The position numbers and the translations under genes are program-made. The notes beneath the pieces are model-generated. The model searched no databases and was not told where the DNA came from. It saw only the letters and a program-made list of their open reading frames with translations. Below are positions 36,896 through 48,073 of a stretch of 64,000 nucleotides of DNA, piece after piece (within the stretch, counting starts at the first letter, position 1; each line of letters begins with the position of its first letter). The DNA comes from Cladosporium halotolerans (lineage: Eukaryota): contig NW_027191485.1 of NCBI RefSeq assembly GCF_011745625.1, positions 124,001-188,000 of the forward strand. Direction: 5' to 3'.

Positions 36896-39451
36896 ATGGT
36901 TCTCTCAACATCCATACTATCGCTCTCGCTGGTGGGAAGCATTGCTTTTGCCTTGCCTCAAGATGGCTACAGTTCTCCACCTGAACACCCGGACGGCAAC
37001 GATTCTCTTGCCAATGCGCCCTACAGGTGAACCAAACAATATTCGAATGAAGGCCATGACTTGTACTAATACTGTTCCAGTGTGTTCCCCTTTTCCATTT
37101 GCGATCAGATGTCCGCCAGGCTTCCATAGCCTCAATGAGTTATCGTTCGCTTCGATGTAACGTCTCAGCTTACGATACGGACAGAGAACCCAGGTCTGCC
37201 CGTCGAGGACCGAATCGCTGACCTACTTTCGCGGATGACCATTGAAGAGAAAGCGACGCAGCTGATGCAAGGCGACATTTCCAATTGGCTCAACGTCACA
37301 TCGGGTGCTTTCAACCGCACAGGCCTGGAGACAAGCTTCGATCAGAAGACGGGAAGCTACTATGTCGGCTACCCAATTAGCTGGGACTGGCTTGCCGAGA
37401 ACATTCAGCGAGGTCAGGACTACGCTGTCAATGAGACACGCCTGGGCATTCCTCCGCTCGTCCAGACCGAAGGCATTCACGGCTTCCTGATTGGCAACGC
37501 AACCATCTTCAACAGCCCTATTGCCCACGCATGCTCATTCAACAGGACTTTGATCGAGCGAATGGCCGAGCAAATTGCTGTTGAAGCGAAGACGCTTGGC
37601 GTAAACCAGCTGTTCGCTCCAGTCGCGGACCTTGCAAGGGAACTGAGATTTGGCAGAGTCGAGGAGACGTATGGTGAAGATCCTTACCTCGCAGGCGAGT
37701 TGTCTTTGCACTATGTTCTCGGCCTCCAAAGTTTGAACGTTTCGGCGATGATCAAGCACCTTGCCGCTTCATCGATGCCCGAGCAAGGCCTCAACACTGG
37801 CCCTGTGCACGCAGGTGAGCGCGAATTGCGGACTACCTGGCTCCCACCGTTCAAGCCGGCAATCACCAAGGGCGGCGCTTGGTCAATCATGAGCGCTTAC
37901 ACGAGCTATGACGGGGTCCCTCAGGTTGCCGATGCTCATGTGGTAACCGACATTCTCCGCGACGAGTGGGGTTATGAGTTCTATGTGATGAGCGACGCTG
38001 GTGCAACCGATCGCCTTGCAAGCCCCTTCCGCATCTGTCCTTCTCCGCTCAACAAGTACGGTCAAGCCGTCAACGAAGGCAATGAATGTGTGACTCTCAA
38101 CGCGTTGCCGGCCGGAACAGATGTCGAAATGGGTGGTGGTTCCTTCAATTACCGCTCTATTCCTGAGCTCGTCGAGGCTGGCCGTCTGGATATCTCTGTT
38201 GTTGATCGGGCTGTGACGCGCTTGTTGCGTGTTAAGTTTACGATGGGCTTATTTGAGAACCCTTACATTGCCGCCCCAAAGAGTGAGTGGAATAACCTGA
38301 TCAATACACCTGAGGCAAAGGAGCTGGCCCGAGAAATGGACCGTGAATCGATCGTACTCCTCAAGAACGACCAGGAGATTCTGCCCATCAAGAAGGATGC
38401 CAAGGTCGCTGTCATCGGGCCCATGGCAGATGGGTTCATGAATTACGGCGACTACGTCGTGTACCGGTCTCAGTACCGCGGTGTCACTCCTCTTGACGGT
38501 ATTCAGAACGCTATCGGAAATGGTTCTGTCACCTACGCACAAGGCTGTGAACGCTGGTCTTCGGACCAAAGTGGATTCCCAGAGGCCATCGAGGCTGCTG
38601 AGGCTGCTGATGTCGCCGTCGTGGTGGTTGGCACATGGTCTCGCGATCAACAAGAGCTTTGGCAGGGATTCAATGCCACCACTGGTGAGCATATCGACGT
38701 CTCGGACCTCAGCCTCGTCGGAGCAATGGGTCCTCTCGTCCGCGCAATCGTGAACACAACGACTCCGACTGTTGTGGTCTTCAGCTCAGGCAAACCAATT
38801 ACAGAAGACTGGATCTCCAATACCACAGCATCGCTGGTGCAGCAATTCTACCCTGGCGAGGAAGGCGGAAACGCCCTTGCAGATGTTCTGTTCGGCGACT
38901 ACAACCCCTCCGGCAAGCTCTCCGTATCCTTCCCTCACGATGTCGGCACCCTGCCCATCTATTACGACTACCCTAACTCCGGCCGCACAACAAACCCTGG
39001 CATGATTCTTCCGGGCGGCGAAATTGTCTTCGGCTCTAACTATGTCACCAACACTCCGCAGCCCTGGTTCCCATTCGGATTCGGTCTGTCTTACACAACT
39101 TTCCAGTACTCGAACGTATCCCTCTCGGCACAAAATGCCAGCGCGACCGATCACATCACCGCAACAGTCTCTGTCACCAACAACGGCACCCGCGACGGTG
39201 CCGAGGTTGTTCAGCTCTACGTCAAAGACATGCTCGCGTCAGTCGACATCCCGAACATCAGGCTCCACGGCTTCGAGAAGGTCCACATCCCAGCCGGTGA
39301 GACGGTCGAAGTGGAGTTCCCGCTTGATGTGAGTGAGCTGGGTGTTTGGAACAGCCAGATGAAGTACGTGGTCGAGCCTGGGGACTTTACCATCTATGCT
39401 GGCGCAAGCAGCTTGGATCTCAGGGGAAATGCCACGCTGACCGTTGCATGA
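36896..39451 (+). CDS. Secreted glycoside hydrolase family 3 (beta-glucosidase/xylosidase); exons 36896-37025 and 37185-39451, separated by a predicted stwintron
   Basis: Signal peptide MVLSTSILSLSLVGSIAFA; EGIHG, RFGRVEETYGEDPYL, IKHL, VMSD nucleophile, NPSGKLSVSFP, FGFGLSYTTF, Fn3-like C-terminal domain. Confidence 0.93.
37026..37184 (+). other. Predicted [D1,2] stwintron (internal intron 37027-37080; external intron G37026 + 37081-37184)
   Basis: Nested excision gives TAC A|AG AAC (YKNP); internal GTGAAC..TACTAAT..CCAG; rebuilt donor G|TGTGT..GCTTAC..ACAG. Confidence 0.8.
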
Positions 39452-39983
39452 TTCATTCGTGGGATAGTCTTATCCCGAAGTGGGGTAGCATAAGGAAACT
39501 GCGAGATTTCGTCTTATGACCATGCAGCAGTTTCATATCTGTGAGTGGTGTCACCGGACATACGTCAACTCCGAACCGGTGTCCCTTTTCATTGGTCCAT
39601 AGCTGTCTCCGACATCCGAGTATTCCAAACTACGCTATGCCTTCATTCGTATTCCTCCTCTCACCATTCATCCATGTGCTCGGATATTTATGCGATCAGT
39701 AATTTACAATGTGTTGATATTCCCCAGTCGGAACGGGACAGCAGTCAATTTTTCTGGAGTTAAAGACGCATCGAATGCGTAAACTCCGCTCAGCTCGCAA
39801 GACTCCGTGGCAAGCACAAGGCTGACCAACCTAACCTTACCTCGTACACAAAGTAGTTGTTGATTCCTTCTCATATCTGGAGAATCATATGGCCGGAAAT
39901 TCTAGAACCATGCCAACTATATTAACGTCTCCCCGCCAAATGAAGGTCTCGCCATAGACTTTCCATACAAACAACTCTTCCCA

Positions 39984-41028
39984 ATGGCCGACCAATACTT
40001 CAACCAGCAGCCCCACGGCTCGAAGAACAGGGTCGAGAATGTTGCGGTTGTGGGTGTAAGTAACATGCAAGCCTACTCAGTGATCACTCAAGAATGACAA
40101 TGATTTACAGGCCGGCGGCCGAGTCGGCTCCTTCATTGCCCACGCACTCCTCTCAACGGGCAAACACACGGTCACAGCCATCAGTCGCGCAGAGAGCACC
40201 TCATCCTTCCCGGAGAATATAATACGCCGCAACGTCGATTACGATGACCACGAATCCCTCGTCGCCGCCCTACGCGGACAGGACTTCCTCGTCTTCTCCA
40301 TGAGCGTCTCCGCCCGCGACGCCCAGGCCAAACTCATCGCGGCCGCCGCAGACGCTGGCATCAAGTGGGTCATGCCGAATGAGTACGGCGCTGATTACGA
40401 GCGCGACATCGCTTATGGCGAAGACACCGGTCTCGGACCGCCGGCTCTCACGGCACGCAAGGCGATCAAAGACGCCGGCATGAATTTCGTCGCGCTGTCT
40501 TGCTCGTTCTGGTACGAGTTCAGCCTGGCGGGCACCGCGGTGCGGTATGGGTTCGATTTTGACAAGCGGGAGGTCACGTTCTACGACGATGGTGAGACGA
40601 AGATCACGACCTCGACCTGGGAGCAGTGCGGGCGTGCCCTGGCGGCTTTGCTGTCTCTGCCCGTCTTGCCGATGAACGAGCAGGATGGGCAGCTAACGCT
40701 GAGCAAATTCCGAAACAAATCGTGCTTCATCGGATCTTTCCGCGTGAGCCAGAAAGATATGTTTGCATCCGTGCTGCGTGTGACGAATACTGAGGAGGCT
40801 GACTGGAAGATCGGGTATGAGGACTCGGAGGCGCGGTTCAAGCGTGCGAGAGAGCTATTCGCTCAAACGCATGAGCAAGGGTACTACGGAATGCTTCTCT
40901 ATTCTCGCACGTTCTTCAAGGATGTCTTCTTGAACTTTCAAAAATTGCTGAGCAACAAAGAGCTGGGCTTGCCAGAGGAAGACTTGGATGAAGCTACTGC
41001 TCGAGCCGTTGAGATGGCAAAAAAGTAG
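39984..41028 (+). CDS. NmrA/isoflavone-reductase-like (CipA-like) oxidoreductase; intron 40056-40110
   Basis: NVAVVG|AGGRVGS Rossmann motif, AADAGIKWVMPNEYG, CSFWYEFSL, TSTWEQCGRA. Confidence 0.88.
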
Positions 41029-41227
41029 ATGAAGGACTGTTGAAATCTTTGGTCTTTCCTCCACGTGTTCGCCTGATGTTAGGTACCTTGCTAATGAGAA
41101 ATGGAAGGCGTCCCGCATGCGTAGACCTGATGCCATTGCTGTCGTTATTCGTCTTCTATGTAATTAGCCTCCCTTACCGTAAACTCTGGCTCCCCAAACC
41201 ATGCTTTGACCGCCAAATCGCAGCATC

Positions 41228-42469
41228 TCATGCCGCTACTTGAGCCTCGTACCAAGCCGCCTCCTCCCTCTGCAGCATCGTAGTTACCTTCTCGACTTCT
41301 TCAGCCAAGCCCTGGATATTAGTGTCCCAAGCGCGGAGGTTCATCGCACTCGAGTCCTTTCCTCCTTCTGTCGTGTTGAAATGGATAACTCCCTCAATTT
41401 GGTCAATCGAGCCAGAAAGGCGGCTCGACTCGATCATGCCAGCGGCGTACTGTTCCGCGCGATCCGCGTCCGTACCGAGAAGAGCACCCAAAGCAGAAAG
41501 AGAAATGTTCTGATACAAGCGTGAGACAGCGAGAAGGTTGTGCTCAAGGACGGCCTTGTCGAGCACTGTTGTCCCATCGCTAGTTTTGGCAAGCTGATGA
41601 TCTTTGAGGCCAGCAGCGAAAGCGGCGACTTCGGTTGGTGCGAGCAGACGATCAAGGAAGATTTTCTCAAGGATTGAGAACTCGGCAGTGTCGGCTGCAC
41701 GGTCATCTTTGTAGAGCTTGCCAAGCTGGCGGGCGCGAGTCGGGCCAGCAGGGCCAAGTACAGCGCAGGTGATGGCGGCGGAAAGTGTGTGTAGGCGCTC
41801 TTCCTCGTCGATGGTTCGTTCCGTGCTGAGGGAATAGTAGGCGGATGATGCGTCGAGGAAGTTATTCATCGAATCGCTTATCCGCGCTTGCGAAAGCTGG
41901 AACTGGAGCTTGACGACCTCATCCGTGACGTTGTAGATGATCTGCTTCAGGCGGTTGAGATATGCTACTGCGTTGGTCGGGTTTTCCTCTTCGAGATAAC
42001 AGCGACAAATGCGGATCCAGACTTGAGCCTTCTCGTCATCGCTTACAGCACGCTGGGACGAGTCAAGAGTGATGACTTGGAGAGTCTTGGCGGAGTTGGT
42101 GAAGTCTTCATCTGTTTCGTAGGCATCTGCAAGAGCGAATTTGAGATCCGTGTCCTGCTGTTCGAAGCTGACGGTCTTCGGTGCAAGGATCTGAATGATC
42201 TGGTTGCCAGCCTCGATCTTGACGTCGTTGTCCTGGAGATCTCGGTATTGCTCGACAAAGCCTGAGAGGAGTGGCCGTGAACCGATGACGCCGATGTTGT
42301 CGGAGAGAATGCTCTCAACGTATGCTACCAGGTTTGCCGCCAAGTCACTCGCCGAGGATGACTTGATGATCTCATTGAGGGTGCTGCTATACGCCTCTGC
42401 TCGCTGAGGGTTTGGCGGAGAAGACTCAAGCTGATGTAGTCTGGAGATGACTTCTGATGATGCAGGCAT
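41228..42469 (-). CDS. CSN4: COP9 signalosome subunit 4 (PCI domain)
   Basis: VSFEQQD, CAVLGPAGPTRARQLGKLYKDDR, LDKAVLEHNLLAVSRLYQNI, GSIDQIEGVIHF. Confidence 0.93.
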   Translation of the reverse strand: MPASSEVISRLHQLESSPPNPQRAEAYSSTLNEIIKSSSASDLAANLVAYVESILSDNIGVIGSRPLLSGFVEQYRDLQDNDVKIEAGNQIIQILAPKTVSFEQQDTDLKFALADAYETDEDFTNSAKTLQVITLDSSQRAVSDDEKAQVWIRICRCYLEEENPTNAVAYLNRLKQIIYNVTDEVVKLQFQLSQARISDSMNNFLDASSAYYSLSTERTIDEEERLHTLSAAITCAVLGPAGPTRARQLGKLYKDDRAADTAEFSILEKIFLDRLLAPTEVAAFAAGLKDHQLAKTSDGTTVLDKAVLEHNLLAVSRLYQNISLSALGALLGTDADRAEQYAAGMIESSRLSGSIDQIEGVIHFNTTEGGKDSSAMNLRAWDTNIQGLAEEVEKVTTMLQREEAAWYEAQVAA

Positions 42470-42984
42470 GGTGGAGTGTGGAAGACAGGCGTATGATTTA
42501 ATCCGAGAGGTCAAGACCGCAGTCGATGAAGACCAACGGCTCTGACGAAGTGGGGGCTTGCTTGGAGGTTTTACGCAGAAGCGATGGGACAGAGCTATGT
42601 TCCGTTTGCTCCGAGGGGGATATTGCAGAATCCCGTTGAGTATGTGTAGCACACTGTATTGACCGGGTCTTGCTGAGCGGTTGCGGTTGGTGATTGGAAG
42701 TTGGTTGTGGTCGGTGTTTGCTGGCGTGAGGTCGCCATCGATGAGGCAAACGCCACGCCTGTGGCTTCGGCGTCTTGTGGCTTCGCACGAGCTTCCCTGC
42801 CTGTGATGCAGCCTATTGTCGACCTTCATGCCTGCGTACACCAACGCAAACACTCACCATACGACCCATTGCACTCAATCACCTCGACCAAAGACTAGCC
42901 CCTACTCTATCGTAATCGATCTTTAAAGCTCTACTGCGCTTCATCGATAATCAAGGCGGCATCGCCCAGCGCGTCGCAAGAACC

Positions 42985-44049
42985 ATGGCGGACATGGCCA
43001 TCAAACCCGAGATCAAGGCGGATCCAGCGGACAGCAAGGAAGGCCTTGCAGACGTGGACGAATTCGAAGAAGATACCGACCTTTACATCCCTCACGATCC
43101 TCCGCAAGGCTGGCTCGCGCGCGTCCCGCCTGAACTATGGCAAGCGTGGAGCGAGATGTACAACGACGCGCCCGCCGGCGACGACAAGATCAAGATCGGC
43201 TCTCTGCGCGTTTATGAGAACACGGAAGGCTCGGTAGATCAGAAGCTGGAGCTGCATCTTGAGAAAAGCGTGCAGCCAACTAGAGACTTGCCCAAGACGT
43301 ACAATCTCAAGCTGCAGACGTCCGCCTACAACAACTCCGTCGTCTTCTCCGAGAAAGACCTCCCTGGACACAAATCGCAAGCCTTCGGCCGCAACCGCTA
43401 CAACCCTGGCAAATCGGCGGGCATCAACAAGAATGATCGATACAACAAAGAGCCAGCGAAGAAGATCGGAGGATACAGCTCGGTGATACCCAAGCAGACC
43501 GCGCTCGCCGCCAAAATCCTGCACGAGGCCAACCTCGTTCCCGTCGAAGACAACGAGTACTACAAATCGCTCGAGCGCACGCTCACAAAAGCCATGCAGC
43601 CCAAAGTTAACACGACCTTCCAGCTCGGCCTGGTCAAGGGCGGCCAGCCGGGCCAGCAGAACAACACCTTCAGCAGCTTCACCACCACCTCGCGGCCGAA
43701 GGGCAAGAAGAAGGCCGTCAAGGAGAAGGCCGTGCGCATGTCACAGACCGAGATGTTCGATGCTCTGCATCGCTGCTTCCGCGAGTTCAAGTACTGGTCG
43801 CTCAAGGCGCTGCGGCACCGCCTCAATCAGCCGGAGGCGTACATCAAGAGCTCGTTGGAGCAGATCGGACATCTCATTCGCAGTGGCGACTTTGCTATGC
43901 AGTATGTGCTCAACCCTGACTACGCGGCCAGTCTGAACATTAAGGATGGCGATGTGGCTGCGGAGGCTGCGGAGAGCGGGGAGTCGGATTCTGGCGAGGA
44001 GGCGGATGACGATGATATGGAGCTGGAGGATGTGAAGATGGAGTCATAG
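42985..44049 (+). CDS. TFG2: Transcription initiation factor IIF subunit beta (Tfg2/RAP30)
   Basis: WLARVP...W, IPKQTALA, KAVRMSQTEMFDALHRCFREFKYWSLKALRHRLNQPEAYIK. Confidence 0.92.
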   Translation: MADMAIKPEIKADPADSKEGLADVDEFEEDTDLYIPHDPPQGWLARVPPELWQAWSEMYNDAPAGDDKIKIGSLRVYENTEGSVDQKLELHLEKSVQPTRDLPKTYNLKLQTSAYNNSVVFSEKDLPGHKSQAFGRNRYNPGKSAGINKNDRYNKEPAKKIGGYSSVIPKQTALAAKILHEANLVPVEDNEYYKSLERTLTKAMQPKVNTTFQLGLVKGGQPGQQNNTFSSFTTTSRPKGKKKAVKEKAVRMSQTEMFDALHRCFREFKYWSLKALRHRLNQPEAYIKSSLEQIGHLIRSGDFAMQYVLNPDYAASLNIKDGDVAAEAAESGESDSGEEADDDDMELEDVKMES

Positions 44050-44266
44050 CATTATTGTTGGTGATGCTTGATCCTTGTTTTATTAGAACTTATGATACCC
44101 AAGACCCATAAAATTCATTGGAAGACCCTCAAGTTGGCTATGGTGTCACTGTCTCCACTGAGAGACTAAGTACATTTAGAACGCCGAACTGTTTCAATCA
44201 AGACCAAGAACCGGACTCCAACCAGAGACCATAGTAATGTACATTGTAGCGCGATGCAACCAACAT

Positions 44267-45985
44267 TTAGTCACGCTCATCAACCAACCCCTCCCGCTCC
44301 TCCTCCTCCGCCTCCCTCTCCTCCGCCTCCCTCTCCTCCACCTCCTCTTCAGCACCTTTCCACCCAGTACCAGCCTGCACCAGGACCATCAATGCCGCCA
44401 ATCCCGCGCCGCTCAAGAAAAGCATCTTCAGCGCCTCCTCATACGCATGGATCGCAACATCTCTCTGCACGCCCTCCAAGCTCCCCACCAGCGCCGGCGA
44501 TCCAAGCAACCTCACGACCAGTTCCTCGTTCTTAATCCCGTGCTCGGCGAATTGCCGCGTCAGAGAGTTGTACAGCGTGCGCGAGAACATCCCGCCGCCG
44601 ATCGCGGAGCCGAAGGAGCCGGAGAAGCCGCGGAAGGTGGCGAGCAGGCTGGTCGCGACGTAGTGTGTGCTCTTGGGTGTCAGATGCAGCAAGTGAGCGA
44701 GGTTGTAGTTCAGCGCTGCGCCGGTCGCGCCGCCGGAGATGAGAATGTCGAGCACGTAGAGCCATTGGTTCGAGTCGTGCGTGGACAGCATGGCCAGGAG
44801 GACCATCGTGATAGGGAAGATGGCGTACACGACGAGCGTTGGAAAGTAGAATGACCCCGAGCGACGGATGTGCAGGCCGCCGACTATGAGGCCGCCGAGG
44901 GCGAAGCCGGCGTTGGTCGGGATGAGGATGGCGCCGGCGCTCGCGGGCGACCAGCTGCGGACGGCGATGGCGTAGGTCGGCGTGTAGAAGAGGACGGCCC
45001 AGCGGGCCATCATGTAGCCGACGGTGCCGAGGCAGGTCAGGAGCAGGCCGCGTGATTTGAGCAGGGCGACGGGGATGATGGGGTCTTGGGAGAGATAGAC
45101 TTCGTTCAGCACGAAGGTGGCGAACGTGAAAGGCGATAGAAGGAGAGGGAGCAGTGGGATTTTCCGCGGTGCGCCCAGGCTGTATAGGAGAAGGACGATT
45201 GAGACGGTGAGAGAGATGGCTCCCAAGTAATCGAGCTTGGCAAGGCGCTTGAACGTGGAGTCTTTGGTGTCGTCTTGCTTGCCAGTCGTGAAGGTTGAAG
45301 GAATGCTTAGGAGAAGACTTGCGCCACCGAGGAGGGCAATGGGCGCTTGCCCAAGGAATAGCCAACGCCATCCAACGTGCGGAAGCAGAGCGCCGGCAGC
45401 AGTTGCACCAACAGCAACGCCAATCGTGAAGCCAGTGTTGAGGAGGCCAATGGCTAGGCCACGCTGTTTGGCGCTAGTGAGCTCGAGGACAATGATGATG
45501 GAGACGGTGAAGATCCCTGCGGCACCAATGCCCGTGAAGACCCTCCCAACGATGAAGCCAGCAAATTCATTCGCGAGGCCTGATATAATCGTGCCAATGG
45601 CCAGAAGTACCGTTGAGGCAAATATCGTAACTCTAGGCGTGAATACTGCCGCAAGCTTTCCATTTAGCGGTCCAAGAGCACTCATAGCAATCAGGTATGC
45701 CGATGTGAACCAAGAAGTCCGCTCGAATGCGTCTAGATCCTCTGCTATCGCAGACTGGGTGGTCGTTAAGATAGAAATATTGGTCGATTGCAAGAAAATG
45801 AGCAGGCCGAGAGCGATGGCCGAGAGCACAGCTCTGAGTGTCGTGATTGATTGTGAAGCATGGTCGTCGCCTTTGGTACGATTATCGGATCCTCTGTTTC
45901 TCTCTGCTGTCGGTGGTTGTACGATTATGAGTGGCGCTCTTTCATCATCGTCGTTCGTACGCTGTTGTCCCTTGGGTCGAGGCAT
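44267..45985 (-). CDS. MFS transporter, DHA2/Vba-Fnx-like (about 14 TM)
   Basis: SWFTSAYLI, GRVFTGIGAAG, RGLAIG, GWRWLFLGQAP, LDYLGA, DPIIPV. Confidence 0.9.
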   Translation of the reverse strand: MPRPKGQQRTNDDDERAPLIIVQPPTAERNRGSDNRTKGDDHASQSITTLRAVLSAIALGLLIFLQSTNISILTTTQSAIAEDLDAFERTSWFTSAYLIAMSALGPLNGKLAAVFTPRVTIFASTVLLAIGTIISGLANEFAGFIVGRVFTGIGAAGIFTVSIIIVLELTSAKQRGLAIGLLNTGFTIGVAVGATAAGALLPHVGWRWLFLGQAPIALLGGASLLLSIPSTFTTGKQDDTKDSTFKRLAKLDYLGAISLTVSIVLLLYSLGAPRKIPLLPLLLSPFTFATFVLNEVYLSQDPIIPVALLKSRGLLLTCLGTVGYMMARWAVLFYTPTYAIAVRSWSPASAGAILIPTNAGFALGGLIVGGLHIRRSGSFYFPTLVVYAIFPITMVLLAMLSTHDSNQWLYVLDILISGGATGAALNYNLAHLLHLTPKSTHYVATSLLATFRGFSGSFGSAIGGGMFSRTLYNSLTRQFAEHGIKNEELVVRLLGSPALVGSLEGVQRDVAIHAYEEALKMLFLSGAGLAALMVLVQAGTGWKGAEEEVEEREAEEREAEEEEREGLVDERD

Positions 45986-46365
45986 CAAGTTTGATATGCA
46001 GCCTACGTTACCATGCCAATGAAGAAGACTTCTTGCAATTCTTATAACGACAGTATGCTGAGATGGGCTCCTTCAATGATGTATATCGTAGGTATGCTCT
46101 CAATTGGAAGGATTACAAATGCATGGCCGCGATATCCGGCCCCGGGTAAAGATGACGACCCGCCTAATGCGGCATAGCGTCATGCACTGACAGGGCCGAC
46201 CCTCCCGTGGCATGCAGCCCAATGACGCATGTGACGCCAACCTCGTAATCGCTGTGACAACGGTGCGAGGCTGCCTTATGTTTAGCGATGAGTGAGCGAA
46301 TGATGAGAAGGTTCACTCGACATCGTTCATTTTCCTAAAAGAATAACTATGCAGCACTCCTCGAC

Positions 46366-47616
46366 ATGAACCGTGGCAGCCGCGCTCAGTATTCTCGAGG
46401 TGGCTTCAACGGGCGCTACAATTCTTCTCGCGGCCGTGGTGGAGCAAGTAGAGGCGGCTCCCGATCCACGACTGCCAAAGATGTTTTCGCCGACGGCATA
46501 TGGCATTGTAATTGCACCCCGCGGTTGCCAGCTGAGCATTTCAAAGTGAAGAAAGAGGGCAAGAATCAGGGGCGCTGGTTCTATACATGTCAGAACCAAC
46601 AGGCGCAACGATGCGACTTCTTCCTCTGGGATGAGGATGCGAAGCTTCGAGAGGAGGGTGCGGTGCTCAACAACAGTCGTACTGAGCCGTCGGCTAAGGG
46701 AGTCTCGGCTGCTCAAGATGGATGGGATGCTGGTAGAGGTGGTGGCGGATCAAAGGGAATGTTTGCTGGCATAGATTCTTCGACTGCACGGCTGAGCAAA
46801 GCTCGGGTACAGGAAGATGATGAATCAACCGACGATGAGAGCACACTAGTACCGCCATCCTCTACGAAATATGCACACAGCAACGTTTCGAAGCGTAAGG
46901 CTGAAGCAAGCCTTGACGATGACGACGACGACGAGCTGTTACCTTGGCCTTTGACTGGTCAGGAGGAACAAGAGCTTGTGGATGCCACCGATGCTTCTGC
47001 GCCGCCAGAGACGCCTCGCAAAGCGGCAAAGACAGGAATCTATGCAACTCCTGCCACGACTGTAGAGAAGAAGCGAACGATTCCCTGGCTGCAACAATCA
47101 GATGACGCTACATTCACGCCAACGACGCCCACTGCAGCCCCGACTCGACAAGCAGACTATCTTGACTCGCCATCGAAACCATCTACTAGAGCTTTGCCTC
47201 CAATTGAAGAGCAAGCCTACGGACCGACGCCAACTCTGCAGGCTTCGACACCTGGGACCCAGCCAAAATCCCCTTCACCATCGACCAGACACAGAGATGC
47301 CCTGGCCAACCCAGCCGACAGCTCTAGCTCCCTGACAAGCGAGGCGCTCGCGGCTCTTGACGCCATCACGATCCCTCCAAATGTCCTGGGCAATCTTCGC
47401 AGTATCCTATCAAAGCATGACCTGAAGACGCAGGGAGTTGTCAAAGGCCGCGACATCTCAAGGCTTGCGCTGAAGGCGAAGGAGGCCAAGATTGTGGAAT
47501 TGCAGGCCCGGATCGCAAGCCTTGAAGCGGACAGGGAGGTCGACAGGGGTGTGATCAGAGGGCTGCGGTGGGAGGCTGAGAATCATGTAAGTGGTATGGC
47601 GACGAAGGATGAATGA
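46366..47616 (+). CDS. GRF zinc-finger protein with RGG-rich N-terminus and C-terminal coiled coil
   Basis: HCNC...KKEGKNQGRWFYTC.....RCDFFLW. Confidence 0.82.
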   Translation: MNRGSRAQYSRGGFNGRYNSSRGRGGASRGGSRSTTAKDVFADGIWHCNCTPRLPAEHFKVKKEGKNQGRWFYTCQNQQAQRCDFFLWDEDAKLREEGAVLNNSRTEPSAKGVSAAQDGWDAGRGGGGSKGMFAGIDSSTARLSKARVQEDDESTDDESTLVPPSSTKYAHSNVSKRKAEASLDDDDDDELLPWPLTGQEEQELVDATDASAPPETPRKAAKTGIYATPATTVEKKRTIPWLQQSDDATFTPTTPTAAPTRQADYLDSPSKPSTRALPPIEEQAYGPTPTLQASTPGTQPKSPSPSTRHRDALANPADSSSSLTSEALAALDAITIPPNVLGNLRSILSKHDLKTQGVVKGRDISRLALKAKEAKIVELQARIASLEADREVDRGVIRGLRWEAENHVSGMATKDE

Positions 47617-48073
47617 GGGGCGACAGGAGATGCTGCGAAAGGCTATGATTCGAGAATGCTCATTTGATACCCTATGGGCGGTCCTTTCTTGGCGCTAGTA
47701 ACTGCAATAATTACTCGTACGAAGACTATGATCCGGTAGGGAGCATTTTCCCACCTGCAGGCACGCATGACCCTCACTTTCGATGCGCTCTTGCTGCACC
47801 CTTTTCGCGCTCGCGAGGCGTGAAGCCAGCTGCGCCGTTCCTTCCTTCACTCACCGATACTGGCACGCGTCGCTCTACCTTAGGCAGCCATCCGCTCCCA
47901 AGCACCCCGAATGTTGCACCTCGCCTGAGCAATTTGTCCGATTCTCACGGCAACTTCACACATGAACAAGAACACTGAACCTGCCATTCCCGACGACCCA
48001 TCTCGCATCCACAGCTCACAGCAAACCAACATCGACCTCGCCGCCTGCAACGCCTGTAACTTTGCCTCGCAAA

